47,694 nt of DNA from the IMG/VR virus record IMGVR_UViG_3300027804_000088, positions 1 through 47,694 of that record; one strand, given 5' to 3'. This document shows positions 10,024 through 20,592 of the stretch, one piece after another. Origin of the DNA: a virus (lineage: Duplodnaviria; Caudoviricetes). Both the position numbers and the translations under genes were made by a program. The stretch's first letter is position 1, and each line of letters begins with the position of its first letter. The notes under the pieces are model-generated. The model was not told where the DNA came from, did no database searches, and saw nothing but the letters and a program-made list of their open reading frames with translations.

Positions 10024-10208
10024 TGCCTAACGAACATTTAACAGATGCTACTAAACATATTATTGATGGTGTATCTATTGCTACTGCTGTAGGAACTATG
10101 ATGCAAGTACTACCTGCTATTGCAGCTTTATTTACAATTGTTTGGACTTTAATTCGTATCTACGAAACAAAGACAGTACAAAAACTATTAGGTAAACATA
10201 AAGGATAA
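10023..10208 (+). CDS. Small membrane protein (holin-like)
   Basis: 61 aa, hydrophobic core, basic C-terminus (RIYET.TVQKL). Confidence 0.55.
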   Translation: MPNEHLTDATKHIIDGVSIATAVGTMMQVLPAIAALFTIVWTLIRIYETKTVQKLLGKHKG

Positions 10209-10210
10209 GT

Positions 10211-11206
10211 ATGGCTACTTCAGGTACAACAACATTTAGCGTAACTCGTAATGACATTATACAGTCATCTTTACGTTTATTAGGTGTGCTTGAAGAAGGT
10301 GCACAACCTACGGCTAGTGCTATTGAGAATGCAAGTATGGTTCTTAATATGATGCTTAAAGATTGGATGACAGATGGCATTAAACTATGGACAGTTACTG
10401 AGTTAACTATTCCTTTAAAGTCTAACCAAACATCTTATACTATTGGACCATCTAGTACATATGATTTAAATACTAATAAACCTTTAAGACTTATTCAATC
10501 TTTCTTAAGAAATATATCTAATACTACTAATCAAGTTGCAGAGGTATCTTTACTTTCAGGTGGATCAGGTTATACAGTACAAGCTACTAATCCAGTATCA
10601 TGTACTGGAGGATCTGGTACAGGTGCACAATTTAATTTAACTTATACTGGAGGTGTTGTTACTAAAGCTCTTCTTGCTAATAGTGGTGGTAACAATTATG
10701 CAGTAGGTGATGTTTTAACAATGTCTGGTGGTACCTTTACAACACCAGCAACTGTTACTGTAGACTCTCTTTTAAATACGTATATTGACTTACCTATGTC
10801 TATTCTTTCACAACAAGAATATAACATTCTAGGTTCTAAGTATAACACAGGTACAATAAACTCTGTGTACTATTGGCCTTATGCAACATATGGAGAACTT
10901 AAAGTATTCTTAACTCCTAATGCAAGTACATCAACTACTTATGAATTACATATTACTGTTCAACGTCCTATTGAGGATATTACTACAGCTAATCAAACAT
11001 TTGACTTTCCATCTGAATGGTATCAATGTTTACGTTGGGGTCTAGCTTCAGAATTAGCTGCTGACTATGGTCTTCCTACAGAAAGACTTGCAGGTGTTAT
11101 TCAAAGAGCTGAAAACTATAAACAAAGATTAATGGCGTGGGATACAGAGTATGCTTCTACATTCTTCCAACCAGATATTAGAGCTCAAGTATTAAGGTTT
11201 AGATAA
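10211..11206 (+). CDS. Head-tail adaptor (P22 gp4-like) with inserted Gly-rich beta domain
   Basis: MATSGT..F....DII..LRLLGV...LN.ML..W and DFP.EW...L.WGLA..LA.DYG motifs. Confidence 0.7.
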   Translation: MATSGTTTFSVTRNDIIQSSLRLLGVLEEGAQPTASAIENASMVLNMMLKDWMTDGIKLWTVTELTIPLKSNQTSYTIGPSSTYDLNTNKPLRLIQSFLRNISNTTNQVAEVSLLSGGSGYTVQATNPVSCTGGSGTGAQFNLTYTGGVVTKALLANSGGNNYAVGDVLTMSGGTFTTPATVTVDSLLNTYIDLPMSILSQQEYNILGSKYNTGTINSVYYWPYATYGELKVFLTPNASTSTTYELHITVQRPIEDITTANQTFDFPSEWYQCLRWGLASELAADYGLPTERLAGVIQRAENYKQRLMAWDTEYASTFFQPDIRAQVLRFR

Positions 11207-12969
11207 TGTCCGAAACCTTACGATTACCAATGAACTATGGGGTAGAGTTTCGTAATGATACCACAGACAAAGGTTCTAAGATGGTTAACTGTTTTGCAGA
11301 AGACTATAATGGAACTATGTATGCAAAGAAAAGACCTGGATATACATCTTCAGGTGTAGATTTTGGTACAGGTACAGCACAAGGTTTATATACTTATGCT
11401 AGCAAAATATATGCAGTATTAAATAATACTCTTTATAATACTGACTTAACTACTACAACTACAGTAGGAACATTAACAGGAACTACAACTCCTTGCTATT
11501 TTACTAATACCCTTAATGATGGATATTTGTTCTTTCAAAAGGGTGATAAAGGTTATACCTATAATGGAACCACTCTAGCTCAAGTTAGAAGTGATGGTGT
11601 AGCTTTTATTAATATTACTGTAGGTGGTACAGGATATGCATCTCCACCTGCTGTAACATTTGGTCCTGAGTGGCAAGCTACTACAGCTTATAATCTTAAT
11701 GATCAAGTAGCTTATGGAGCTAACTTATATACAGTAACAGTAGCCGGTACTACAGCATCTACTGCACCTACATTTACTAGTGGATCACAAGTAGATGGTA
11801 CTGCTACATTAACTTATGCAGGAAATAGAGCTACAGGAAGTTCTTCTATATCAGGTGGTATTGTAACAGATATTGTTATTACTAATGCAGGTACAGGTTA
11901 CTTAAATGCTCCTACAATTACTATAGCAGCACCTGGTGGTTCAGGTACACAAGCTTATGCTACTTGTACTTTAAATGGATTTCCATCAGGTAACATAGTA
12001 CCAGGTACAGCTTACTTTGATACTTACGTTTTTGTAATGACAGATGATGGTAAGATCTGGAATAGTGAGCCTAATGATCCTACTAAATGGGATGCATTAA
12101 ACTACATTACTGCTGAAGCAGAACCAGATAAAGGTGTAGCCTTAGCTAAACATTTTAACTATTTACTAGCTTTTGGTCAATGGTCTACAGAGTTCTTCTA
12201 TGATGCAGCTCAACCAATAGGATCGCCATTATTACCTAACCCTACATTCCGTATTGAGTTTGGATGTGCTAATGGTAACTCAGTAGTAGAAATGCAACAA
12301 ACAGTTGTATGGGTAGCTGTAGGACGTAATACTGGTAGAACAGTTCTTATGTTAGATGGTACAAGACCTGTACAAATTTCAGATGTATCAGTAGAAAGAA
12401 TACTAAACCAATCTAGTTTACAAAATGTAAGATCATACTCTTTAAAAGTATCTGGTCATTACTTTTATGTACTTAACTTATTAGATGATGATTTAACTCT
12501 TGTTTGTGATATTAAATCTAAACAATGGTCTATTTGGACATCTTATGTTAATGGGCAAGAAACTATATTAGACGGAGTATTTTTTACTTCTTATAATAAT
12601 GAAGCATATGCACTTGACAATGACAACGGAGTATTGTATAATATTAGTGAGCATACTTATACTGATTTAGTTGGTCCTATCCAATTTAGAATCAGAACTC
12701 CTCTTATAGATGCTAACTCTACTAAACGTAAGTTTATTGGTAGACTAGAAATAGTAGGTGATAAGATTGGTGCTACCCTCCGAGTACGACATACAGATGA
12801 TGATTATCAAAACTGGTCTCAATACCGTAATGTTGACCTAAACGCAATGAGAAGTGTCCTTTATCAAAATGGTAACTTTAGACGAAGAGCATATGAATAT
12901 TTTTGCACAGACAACCAGCCAATTAGACTGCAAGCTTGTGAGATGGACCTCGATCCCGGTGCGACATAA
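11206..12969 (+). CDS. Tail hub/nozzle (P22 gp10-like packaged DNA stabilization protein) with inserted domains
   Basis: W..L....AE..PD, FG..S.EF, GC....S, GH.FYVL and R..DD...WS pattern, plus position after the adaptor. Confidence 0.75.
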   Translation: MSETLRLPMNYGVEFRNDTTDKGSKMVNCFAEDYNGTMYAKKRPGYTSSGVDFGTGTAQGLYTYASKIYAVLNNTLYNTDLTTTTTVGTLTGTTTPCYFTNTLNDGYLFFQKGDKGYTYNGTTLAQVRSDGVAFINITVGGTGYASPPAVTFGPEWQATTAYNLNDQVAYGANLYTVTVAGTTASTAPTFTSGSQVDGTATLTYAGNRATGSSSISGGIVTDIVITNAGTGYLNAPTITIAAPGGSGTQAYATCTLNGFPSGNIVPGTAYFDTYVFVMTDDGKIWNSEPNDPTKWDALNYITAEAEPDKGVALAKHFNYLLAFGQWSTEFFYDAAQPIGSPLLPNPTFRIEFGCANGNSVVEMQQTVVWVAVGRNTGRTVLMLDGTRPVQISDVSVERILNQSSLQNVRSYSLKVSGHYFYVLNLLDDDLTLVCDIKSKQWSIWTSYVNGQETILDGVFFTSYNNEAYALDNDNGVLYNISEHTYTDLVGPIQFRIRTPLIDANSTKRKFIGRLEIVGDKIGATLRVRHTDDDYQNWSQYRNVDLNAMRSVLYQNGNFRRRAYEYFCTDNQPIRLQACEMDLDPGAT

Positions 12970-13324
12970 AGCATTATTAAAAGCCTATGAAGGCTATAAA
13001 GATTCAAGAGAGTGTTCTTTTGAAGAGTTTTGTGAAAGAGTTAGAAATTTTAGTATTATTCCTGTAGAGAATAAAAATGGTATTGTTGGAGCTATTATGA
13101 TTCGTAAGAATGAATTCCACATATCAGTTACTGAACCTTTTAATATGCGTAAATATATTAGAACAGTATTTAATCCTCTATTTAAAAACTATTTAGAAGT
13201 AGTTACAACTGTTATAAAAAGTAATACTAAAGGACTACAATTTGTTAAACGTATTGGTTTTGAAGAAGTTAATCGTAAAGATAACATTATTTATTTAAGG
13301 ATGGATCATGGGTGGAGTTGTTGA
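12959..13324 (+). CDS. GNAT-like protein of the podovirus tail/ejection module
   Basis: N.KGLQFVKRIGFEEV motif. The start is uncertain, and GTG at 12959 was chosen to avoid a long overlap. Confidence 0.55.
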   Translation: MRHKALLKAYEGYKDSRECSFEEFCERVRNFSIIPVENKNGIVGAIMIRKNEFHISVTEPFNMRKYIRTVFNPLFKNYLEVVTTVIKSNTKGLQFVKRIGFEEVNRKDNIIYLRMDHGWSC

Positions 13325-14261
13325 TTTTGTAGGAGACGTAGTTGGAGGAGCAGCCGACATCGTAGGTGATGTTGTTGGTGATGTTGTTGGTGAAGTATTT
13401 GACAACCCTATATTAGGTCTTGCTGCAGGTGTTGCTCTAGGGCCAGCTGGTTTTGGACTTTATGGAACAGGGGCAGGAGCTTTAGGTGGGGCAGCCGCAG
13501 GTGCGGGTGTTAGTGCATCTAGTATGGGTCTTATTGGACCTACTCTTATGGGAGCCGCTGGTGCTACTCCTGCCGCTTTAGCTGGTTATGCTGCTGCTAC
13601 TGGAGCAGGTGCTGGTATTCTAGGTAGTGCTGCCGCAGGTGGATTAACACTTGGTGGACTTACTAGTGCCGCTACACAAGCTTTAGGTTATATTCCTTCT
13701 TCAATTGCCTCAGGACTTGCTGCTGGTGAGGTTGGTGGTATCCCTGCATCAAAAGGTATCTTTGGACAACTTAAACAAGTAGCTGACGTAGCTAAGTCAG
13801 GTTATGATATTTATAGTGCATTAACAGCTTCTAGAGGTATTTCTCCTGATGTAGCTAAATTACAAACTGATCCTTACTCTCCATTTAGAGCATCTGCTGC
13901 TCAAGATTTAGCTGATCTTATGAAAGATCCTAATAGAGTCTATGGTATGCCTGGTTATAAATTTGCTCAAGAAGAAGGAGCTAAACAATTACTACGTAAT
14001 AGAGCTGCTTTAGGTGGTTCACAATCTGGTGCAACACTAGCATCTCTACAAAAATATGGTGCTGAGACTGCACAAAATTGGTTTAATAATTATTATAACC
14101 AATTAACTCAATTATCAGGTGCAGGACAATCTCCAGTAGCTGGTGCTAATGCTTATAGAACTGCTGCTTACGATCAGTCTCTAGCAGAGAAAAATAGACA
14201 AGAACAATTGTTACAAGGTGTTATTGGCCTTGGTACATCAATTGGTAGCTTTTTTGGATAA
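13308..14261 (+). CDS. DNA ejection/pilot protein (P22 gp7-like)
   Basis: Gly/Ala-rich N-terminus, then PGYKF...EG......AA.GG..SGATL..LQKYG motif. Confidence 0.7.
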   Translation: MGGVVDFVGDVVGGAADIVGDVVGDVVGEVFDNPILGLAAGVALGPAGFGLYGTGAGALGGAAAGAGVSASSMGLIGPTLMGAAGATPAALAGYAAATGAGAGILGSAAAGGLTLGGLTSAATQALGYIPSSIASGLAAGEVGGIPASKGIFGQLKQVADVAKSGYDIYSALTASRGISPDVAKLQTDPYSPFRASAAQDLADLMKDPNRVYGMPGYKFAQEEGAKQLLRNRAALGGSQSGATLASLQKYGAETAQNWFNNYYNQLTQLSGAGQSPVAGANAYRTAAYDQSLAEKNRQEQLLQGVIGLGTSIGSFFG

Positions 14262-14271
14262 AGGATAAAAT

Positions 14272-15771
14272 ATGGCTAGTATTCCAATGTATCATGGTAT
14301 TCCTAGTTTTAGCGAAATTCAAGCTAAAATGGCTAGGGAAAAAATGGATGTTCTTAAAACAGAAGAAGCTCAAATTGAATTAGATGAACTTAAAACTGCT
14401 AAAGACATTATTAAAAGTCAAGCTATTGCTGACCTAACTAAAACAAAAACAAGTCAAGTACCTCCTGCTATGCCTGGTGGTTATACTATGGGTACAGGAT
14501 TTGATGGTCGTCCAGCAGTAATGCCTGAAGGTGCTATATCACTACAAGGTACTAAAGCTGCTGATGGTACACCTATGCCATCATTTATGACAGGAGCAGC
14601 AACAGAAGAACGTGCTAAAGAACCTGTAATAGATGAAACTAAACCTGTTACTATGGAAAGTTATCCAGGTAAAACAGAAGAACCTACTGTTGAAACACAA
14701 CCAGTTGTTAAGACACCTATTCAACAAGCTAAAGCAGCTACTCAAGACTTTATTAAAGTTAATGATCAAGTTAATGCTGCTTATAAGACAGCTGAACTAT
14801 TTAAACAAAATGGTCTTTTACTTCAATATCAAAAACAACTTAAGGTTGCACAAGATTTAGAGAGTACTCGTACAATGGCACAAGAACGTCGTATAGATTC
14901 TGCTAAGAAGATTCTTGAAGTTACTGGTCAGATTGCACAAGGATACCTTGATGCTGATCCTAAAGATAAAGATGCGGCTTGGGGTACTGCTCTTATGCAG
15001 TTAAACAATGCAGGTATTCCTGTTGATAATTTAATGAGAGTTCCTCCAGAGTTAAGGGAACAAGTAGCTCAACAATTTGCTGATTCTGCTATCTCTGGTG
15101 CTAATAAACTTAAACTAGAACTTGAATATCTAAAAGAATCAGGACGTAATAGACGTGCTGAAGAGTCTAATAGAATTAGAGAAGATCTAGGTAATAAACG
15201 TTTACAAGCACAAGCACGTAGTCAAGAGGCTGTACAATTACGTTTTGATAAGAGTATGGAACTTAGAGAGTTCAATGCTATGAAAGGTAAACTTTCTACT
15301 ATTGTTACCCAGGCTCAAAGAGACCGAGCAGACCTTGAAGCTAAAGCTGATGACATTAACTTTAGAATTAATGGTTTAAGAGGTGGTACTATCTTTACAG
15401 ACAAGTATGGTAACAAGCTAACTAAAGAAGCTCGTATAGCTGAAGTTACTGCATTACAGGAGGACTTAAATGCACTTGATGGTCAACGTAAAAAGATTGA
15501 TGAAGAAATCAAAGGTTATGAAGCTAAACTTAAAGAAATGCCAGTCCCTAAAGGTGGCTCTAAAGAAGAAGCTTCTACTACTTCAAAAGAAGTTAAAGAA
15601 GATACCGTTAGTAAACCAAGTCAGCAAGACATTAATTTAGCTGTACAAGCAATTAACCAACGTCCTGAAGCTCTAGAACAGATTAAAGCTAACTGGTCTA
15701 AACTTCATCCAGATGCTAAGTTTGAAGATTATATTAAGTTAAATCCGAATAAAGCTAGCACTAAAAAATAA
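14272..15771 (+). CDS. Putative internal virion/ejection protein (coiled-coil)
   Basis: 499 aa, helical and charged, between the pilot and the large internal protein. Confidence 0.55.
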   Translation: MASIPMYHGIPSFSEIQAKMAREKMDVLKTEEAQIELDELKTAKDIIKSQAIADLTKTKTSQVPPAMPGGYTMGTGFDGRPAVMPEGAISLQGTKAADGTPMPSFMTGAATEERAKEPVIDETKPVTMESYPGKTEEPTVETQPVVKTPIQQAKAATQDFIKVNDQVNAAYKTAELFKQNGLLLQYQKQLKVAQDLESTRTMAQERRIDSAKKILEVTGQIAQGYLDADPKDKDAAWGTALMQLNNAGIPVDNLMRVPPELREQVAQQFADSAISGANKLKLELEYLKESGRNRRAEESNRIREDLGNKRLQAQARSQEAVQLRFDKSMELREFNAMKGKLSTIVTQAQRDRADLEAKADDINFRINGLRGGTIFTDKYGNKLTKEARIAEVTALQEDLNALDGQRKKIDEEIKGYEAKLKEMPVPKGGSKEEASTTSKEVKEDTVSKPSQQDINLAVQAINQRPEALEQIKANWSKLHPDAKFEDYIKLNPNKASTKK

Positions 15772-15783
15772 TAAGGAGTAACG

Positions 15784-18700
15784 ATGGATTCTAATCCTTA
15801 CCTTAGTGGTATAGAAAGTTATTCGCCTTCAAAACCTTCTTCTTATAGTAGAACTCAAGAAGATGCTAATATTCAAGGGTACCTTTCCAATTTAAGTAAA
15901 GCTGAACAAGCTGACTATAATACTATTGTAGGTGGTAGTACTTTTAACGACTATAGTAAACATCCTGGTGTAATAGGAGTAACTACTAAAGAAGGTCCTA
16001 GTACTGCTGCTGGTCGTTATCAGATTACTAAAACAACATATGACAGATATGCCAAGAAACTTGGTATTACTGACTTTTCTCCTGAGTCTCAAGACAAGAT
16101 TGCTTTAGAACTTATTAAAGACAATAATGCTCTTGAAGATGTCAAACAAGGAAACTATCAAGCCGCTAACGCAAAGTTAGGTGGTATATGGGCAAGTCTA
16201 CCTTCTAGTAAGTACAATCAACCTAAACGTTCTAGTGCTTGGGTAGAAGAAAACTTTGATACTGCTCCTTCTAAAAACCCTTATCTTGATGGTTCATTCA
16301 AAGCTACTGATGTTAAAGCACCAGAGTCTGAGCCTGAGAATCCTTACTTGAAAGGGTTAGCCAGGCCTAGTTCCAATCCATATCTTAGTGACGTTTCTAC
16401 TGACTCTGAAAGCGATATTAGCAAAACTCGTTCCTTTCTTAAAAGTGCTGGGGGTTCTGCTGCTATTGGCATTGGTGCTACTCCAACAATGGTCGCTGGC
16501 GCTGAAATTGGTGCCGCGGGTGGGGCTGCTATAGCTCCATTCTTAGGGCCTGCTGCTCCTGCTGGTCCAATTGTAGGGGGAATCGTAGGAGGTGTAGCTG
16601 GTTTCTTAGGTGGTGCTAAAGCTCTTGAATATGCTTTTGATAAACTTCCTGATTCTATGAAAGAAGTCATAGGATATGATCCACAAACAAGACAAAAAGA
16701 AATAGAAGCTAATCCTGAATCTTCTTTTGCAGGTCAATTATCTGGTAATTTAGTTCTTTTCAGACCTGGATCTTTAAAAGATATAGTATTAGAAGGTGGT
16801 AAGAAAATTACTCCTGCAATACAACGTACGGGTATGGGCGTTGCAGGTGGTTTATTTGAAGCTGGTAATGAGAAGTTAGCTGGCGAAGACCTTAATGCAC
16901 AACATATTATAGAAGCTGCTGGCTTTTCAGCCATAGCTGCTAAACCTACTGCATATACTAGAAAAGTAAATGAAGTAGTAGGTAATACGGTTGGTAACAT
17001 TGTTCCTAGATTTAATAGATCATTAGATGAATTTGCTAAGACTCGTCAGTCTACAGAAGAAGTAGGTGCTAATGAATGGACATCTAAATGGGCTGTACCT
17101 GAAACAACAGAGACTGGTGTACCTATTAAAGTAGCTAAGATTGTAGATGCTGAAGGCAATCAAGCTGTACAGAAAGATGGTAAACCTGTTATAGCTCGTC
17201 ACTATCGTAATGAAGATGGTTCATCTAAAGAAATTATTATGGACTTAGATGAAGCCCTTAATCGCTTTGAAGATAAGCCATGGGTTAAAGCTGGTTTAGA
17301 TGAGAATGCATTTAAGACTCCTTATGAATATGCACAGTTCATTCTTAAACATGAAGATGAACATACTCGTCTATCATTTGAAGAGTGGAAACAAATGCAA
17401 GATCCACAAGGTGATCTATTTGCACAGGATAAATCAGGTGTGTTTACAGAAGAACAACTTCGTAAAGACTATGAACATTATATTAATAGACAAGCTTATC
17501 ATGCTGTTAAAGAAGATCCTTATGTTTCACAACCAGATGTAGAAGTTCCTAGAATACCTAAAAATGCTGCTGAGAATGAAACATGGCTAGCAGATGCTTT
17601 CTTTGCTTTAGATAAAAGTGGAGAAAGAGATATGATTATAGGTAGAGCAAGACATGAAGCTGCTACTAAAGCTGGTGTTGATACTGCTATGAGACAAAGA
17701 TGGAGAGCTTATGCTGAAGGTAGAGCTGAACTTGATCCTAATGAATTAGAATTGTTTAAGAAGTATGCTAATCAAGAATTAATGGAACGTAAACGTTTAA
17801 TTAAATATGCTCAACAAAAAGGATGGACAATACCTACTGATTTAGAATCTACTGTAACAGGTGAAAATGTCCCACGTATCTTTATCCCTAAACAAGGAGA
17901 TAAATTTGAAAAAGCTTTAAATATAATTAGTGGTGGTGAATTTGGTGGGTTTAATCCTAATATAGCTAGGAAACCTGGAGCTGCTATGGCTCGTTCTGTA
18001 TTTGCTGGTGAACTTCCTAATGGTAAACGTATCATTTTACAACAAGGTTCTGATGGTTCTGTATACCAATGGGTAAATGGTAAAGCTGTACCTTTTGCTA
18101 AAATGAGTGAGGTAGGTGTATTTAGGCCTGGTGAAACAGTTAAAAATGCTTTTATAAAAGAAGCTTATGAACCTGAAATTGAACTTAATACTCCTTTTAC
18201 TTATGAAAAAGATTTCCAAGGAGTAGTATATCAACGTTTAACAGAATTACGTAACTTTATTAGAGCTAATAAATTCTTAGAAGATATTAAAGATTCTTCT
18301 TGGTTTAAAGAAAATGCATTTAAAACAGAAGGTAAATCTATACCTGAAGGATTTAGACGTCCTAAATATTTAGATAGAGTTCCTCAATTTGATGGTTATG
18401 TTTTTAAAGATGACATTGCATCTATTATAGAAGACTTTGCTAAAGTAAATGATATGAATGCACTTACTTATTTAAGTGGTGCTTTAATTAAGAACATGAT
18501 GCTTAACCCATTACCCCACATGATGAATGAGGGTTGGCATTTATTTAATGCTCGTGGTCTATCAGGATGGGTAACTCCTGCAGGTATTTATAGATTTGCT
18601 AAAACAGGTATGCCTGCTCTTAAATCTGTTATTACTCAAGATGCTGAGTTTAGAGAAACTTTAAAACTTGGTGGTTCATTACTATCTGCTAGAGTAAGAA

Positions 18701-19644
18701 ACAATGCATTTGCTGAAGAAATGTTTGCTAAAGCTAATAGAGAGTTTTCACAAACTCCAGAGTTCCAAAGCTTAGCTAAACGTATTGGTATGAAACCTAT
18801 TCAGCTATATGAAGCTATATCTAAAAAGTCTAACATAGCTATGTGGACAGTTCGTGACATGATGTATATGCAACTGATCAATGAAAAGATGATGTATGAA
18901 GGATTAACTAGAGCAGAAGCTATTAAAAGTGTAGAACGACATATGCCTAGTTATCGTATACCTCATAAAGTTATGGGTTCTAGAGCTTTATCTGAAGTCT
19001 TACAAAACCCTAATGTAACAGTATTTAGTAGATATCACTATGGTTTAGTTAATTCATTAAAAAATACTGCAGCAGATATTGCAGCTATTAGACATGGACA
19101 AGCAGGTTTAAAAGACTTTTTACATGGTTTGGATACAGCTGCTGCTATTGCTGTAGCTATTGCCGCACTCTATCCATTACAAGATATGATTGCTCAATAC
19201 TTAACAGGTAATGAAGATGCTACTGTGAGACGTGCAGGCCCTTACCATATATTCCATGCATTACATGGTATAGCAAGTTTAGAAAAAGATCCTATGGCTG
19301 TTGTTTCTTCATTTTTAACCTTTAACCCTGCTTTACTTGCTGGAGCTCAACTCATAGCAAATCGTAAACTTTATAATGGTCAACCTATATATAACCCAGA
19401 GGATAGTGGTGAAAAGATTACAAGTGATATTACAGACTATACTATAGGTCAAGTACCTCAAGTAAGTCAAGCTATTAAAGCTGGTAAAGAAGAAGATGAA
19501 GGATTTAAGAATTGGTTAGCTCGTCAGATTGATATTGAATCACCTACTATGGAAACTGTTATGAAACGTGAAAAAATAGTTCGTAGAAAAGAAAAAGCTG
19601 GTCCTAGAAGAACAATGAAGTGGGAAGTTGAACAGGAAGACTAA
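15784..19644 (+). CDS. Large internal virion protein with N-terminal lambda-lysozyme-like muramidase domain
   Basis: E..DYN.IVGG..F.DYS.HP...STAAGRYQI...T...DFSPESQD...WASLP, the lambda R-type transglycosylase signature. Confidence 0.8.
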   Translation: MDSNPYLSGIESYSPSKPSSYSRTQEDANIQGYLSNLSKAEQADYNTIVGGSTFNDYSKHPGVIGVTTKEGPSTAAGRYQITKTTYDRYAKKLGITDFSPESQDKIALELIKDNNALEDVKQGNYQAANAKLGGIWASLPSSKYNQPKRSSAWVEENFDTAPSKNPYLDGSFKATDVKAPESEPENPYLKGLARPSSNPYLSDVSTDSESDISKTRSFLKSAGGSAAIGIGATPTMVAGAEIGAAGGAAIAPFLGPAAPAGPIVGGIVGGVAGFLGGAKALEYAFDKLPDSMKEVIGYDPQTRQKEIEANPESSFAGQLSGNLVLFRPGSLKDIVLEGGKKITPAIQRTGMGVAGGLFEAGNEKLAGEDLNAQHIIEAAGFSAIAAKPTAYTRKVNEVVGNTVGNIVPRFNRSLDEFAKTRQSTEEVGANEWTSKWAVPETTETGVPIKVAKIVDAEGNQAVQKDGKPVIARHYRNEDGSSKEIIMDLDEALNRFEDKPWVKAGLDENAFKTPYEYAQFILKHEDEHTRLSFEEWKQMQDPQGDLFAQDKSGVFTEEQLRKDYEHYINRQAYHAVKEDPYVSQPDVEVPRIPKNAAENETWLADAFFALDKSGERDMIIGRARHEAATKAGVDTAMRQRWRAYAEGRAELDPNELELFKKYANQELMERKRLIKYAQQKGWTIPTDLESTVTGENVPRIFIPKQGDKFEKALNIISGGEFGGFNPNIARKPGAAMARSVFAGELPNGKRIILQQGSDGSVYQWVNGKAVPFAKMSEVGVFRPGETVKNAFIKEAYEPEIELNTPFTYEKDFQGVVYQRLTELRNFIRANKFLEDIKDSSWFKENAFKTEGKSIPEGFRRPKYLDRVPQFDGYVFKDDIASIIEDFAKVNDMNALTYLSGALIKNMMLNPLPHMMNEGWHLFNARGLSGWVTPAGIYRFAKTGMPALKSVITQDAEFRETLKLGGSLLSARVRNNAFAEEMFAKANREFSQTPEFQSLAKRIGMKPIQLYEAISKKSNIAMWTVRDMMYMQLINEKMMYEGLTRAEAIKSVERHMPSYRIPHKVMGSRALSEVLQNPNVTVFSRYHYGLVNSLKNTAADIAAIRHGQAGLKDFLHGLDTAAAIAVAIAALYPLQDMIAQYLTGNEDATVRRAGPYHIFHALHGIASLEKDPMAVVSSFLTFNPALLAGAQLIANRKLYNGQPIYNPEDSGEKITSDITDYTIGQVPQVSQAIKAGKEEDEGFKNWLARQIDIESPTMETVMKREKIVRRKEKAGPRRTMKWEVEQED

Positions 19645-20501
19645 TGGCAATCCAATTACCTCCAATACCGAACAATCCAATTACTGACGTATTCGTATGG
19701 CGTGATTGGTTCTATAAAGTATCACAAGCTCTTGTACAACAAGCTTCTATTGCTTGGAGTTCTATTGACTTTACTGGTTCTAACTTACAAGATATTCAGA
19801 CTAGACAGCATAATGCTCTACAGAATATACAGGGTGGTATTGCGTCACAATACTACCATCTAAGTTTAGCTCAGTATAACTCTCTTAGTGCATTAACTAG
19901 CTTACCTGTAACAGTACCTAATGGTGGTACTGGAGCTACAACCTTAACAGGATATGTATATGGTAATGGTACTAGTGCTTTTACAGCTAGTCCTACAATA
20001 CCTTGGAGTGTAATTACTGGAGCTCCTTCTATAACAGCCCCTAGCTATGGAGCTTTTCAAAATGATGTAGATCAAACATATGCTGCTGCTAATACAGCTT
20101 ATATTATTACTTTAGGTACTGTAGACTATTCTAATAATGTTACATTAACAAGTAATAGAATGACAACATCTGTTGCTGGAATATACAACTTAGAGTTTAG
20201 TTTTCAGTTAGCTAGTTCTGATACTTCTATTCATGAATTTGATGTATGGTTAAAAAAGAATGGTACTGATGTATCAGGCACTTCTAGTATTTGTTCTGTT
20301 CCTAATCGTCACGGTGGTATAGATGGCTATATTATTATGGCTGCTAACTTTTATATTCAACTAGCCGCAGGAGATTATGTAGAGTTATGGAGTGCTGTGA
20401 ATAGTACTAATATAAGAATTGATGCTATAGCTGCACAAACATCTCCATATGCTAGACCATTAACCCCCTCTTCTGTAGTTACATTAACTCAAGTAGCTTA
20501 A
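19644..20501 (+). CDS. Tail-associated/fibre protein with C-terminal jelly-roll (BclA/C1q-like) domain
   Basis: H..LQ.IQGG...YYHL, VPNGGTGA and AGIYNL.FS.Q...L.AGDYVEL motifs. Confidence 0.6.
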   Translation: MAIQLPPIPNNPITDVFVWRDWFYKVSQALVQQASIAWSSIDFTGSNLQDIQTRQHNALQNIQGGIASQYYHLSLAQYNSLSALTSLPVTVPNGGTGATTLTGYVYGNGTSAFTASPTIPWSVITGAPSITAPSYGAFQNDVDQTYAAANTAYIITLGTVDYSNNVTLTSNRMTTSVAGIYNLEFSFQLASSDTSIHEFDVWLKKNGTDVSGTSSICSVPNRHGGIDGYIIMAANFYIQLAAGDYVELWSAVNSTNIRIDAIAAQTSPYARPLTPSSVVTLTQVA

Positions 20502-20517
20502 ACTCATGGTTTTACTG

Positions 20518-20546
20518 ATGAATGTTTTCATTCATTATGGTATAAT
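20518..20546 (+). promoter_or_regulatory. Extended -10 promoter (TGgTATAAT) for pqqA, with palindrome ATGAATG-TTTT-CATTCAT over the -35 region
   Basis: TATAAT at 20541-20546 preceded by TG, and a perfect 7-bp inverted repeat at 20518-20535. Confidence 0.6.
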
Positions 20547-20592
20547 TATAGGGTAGAGTGAAAACTTTACATTAACTTTTAAGGAGATTACT

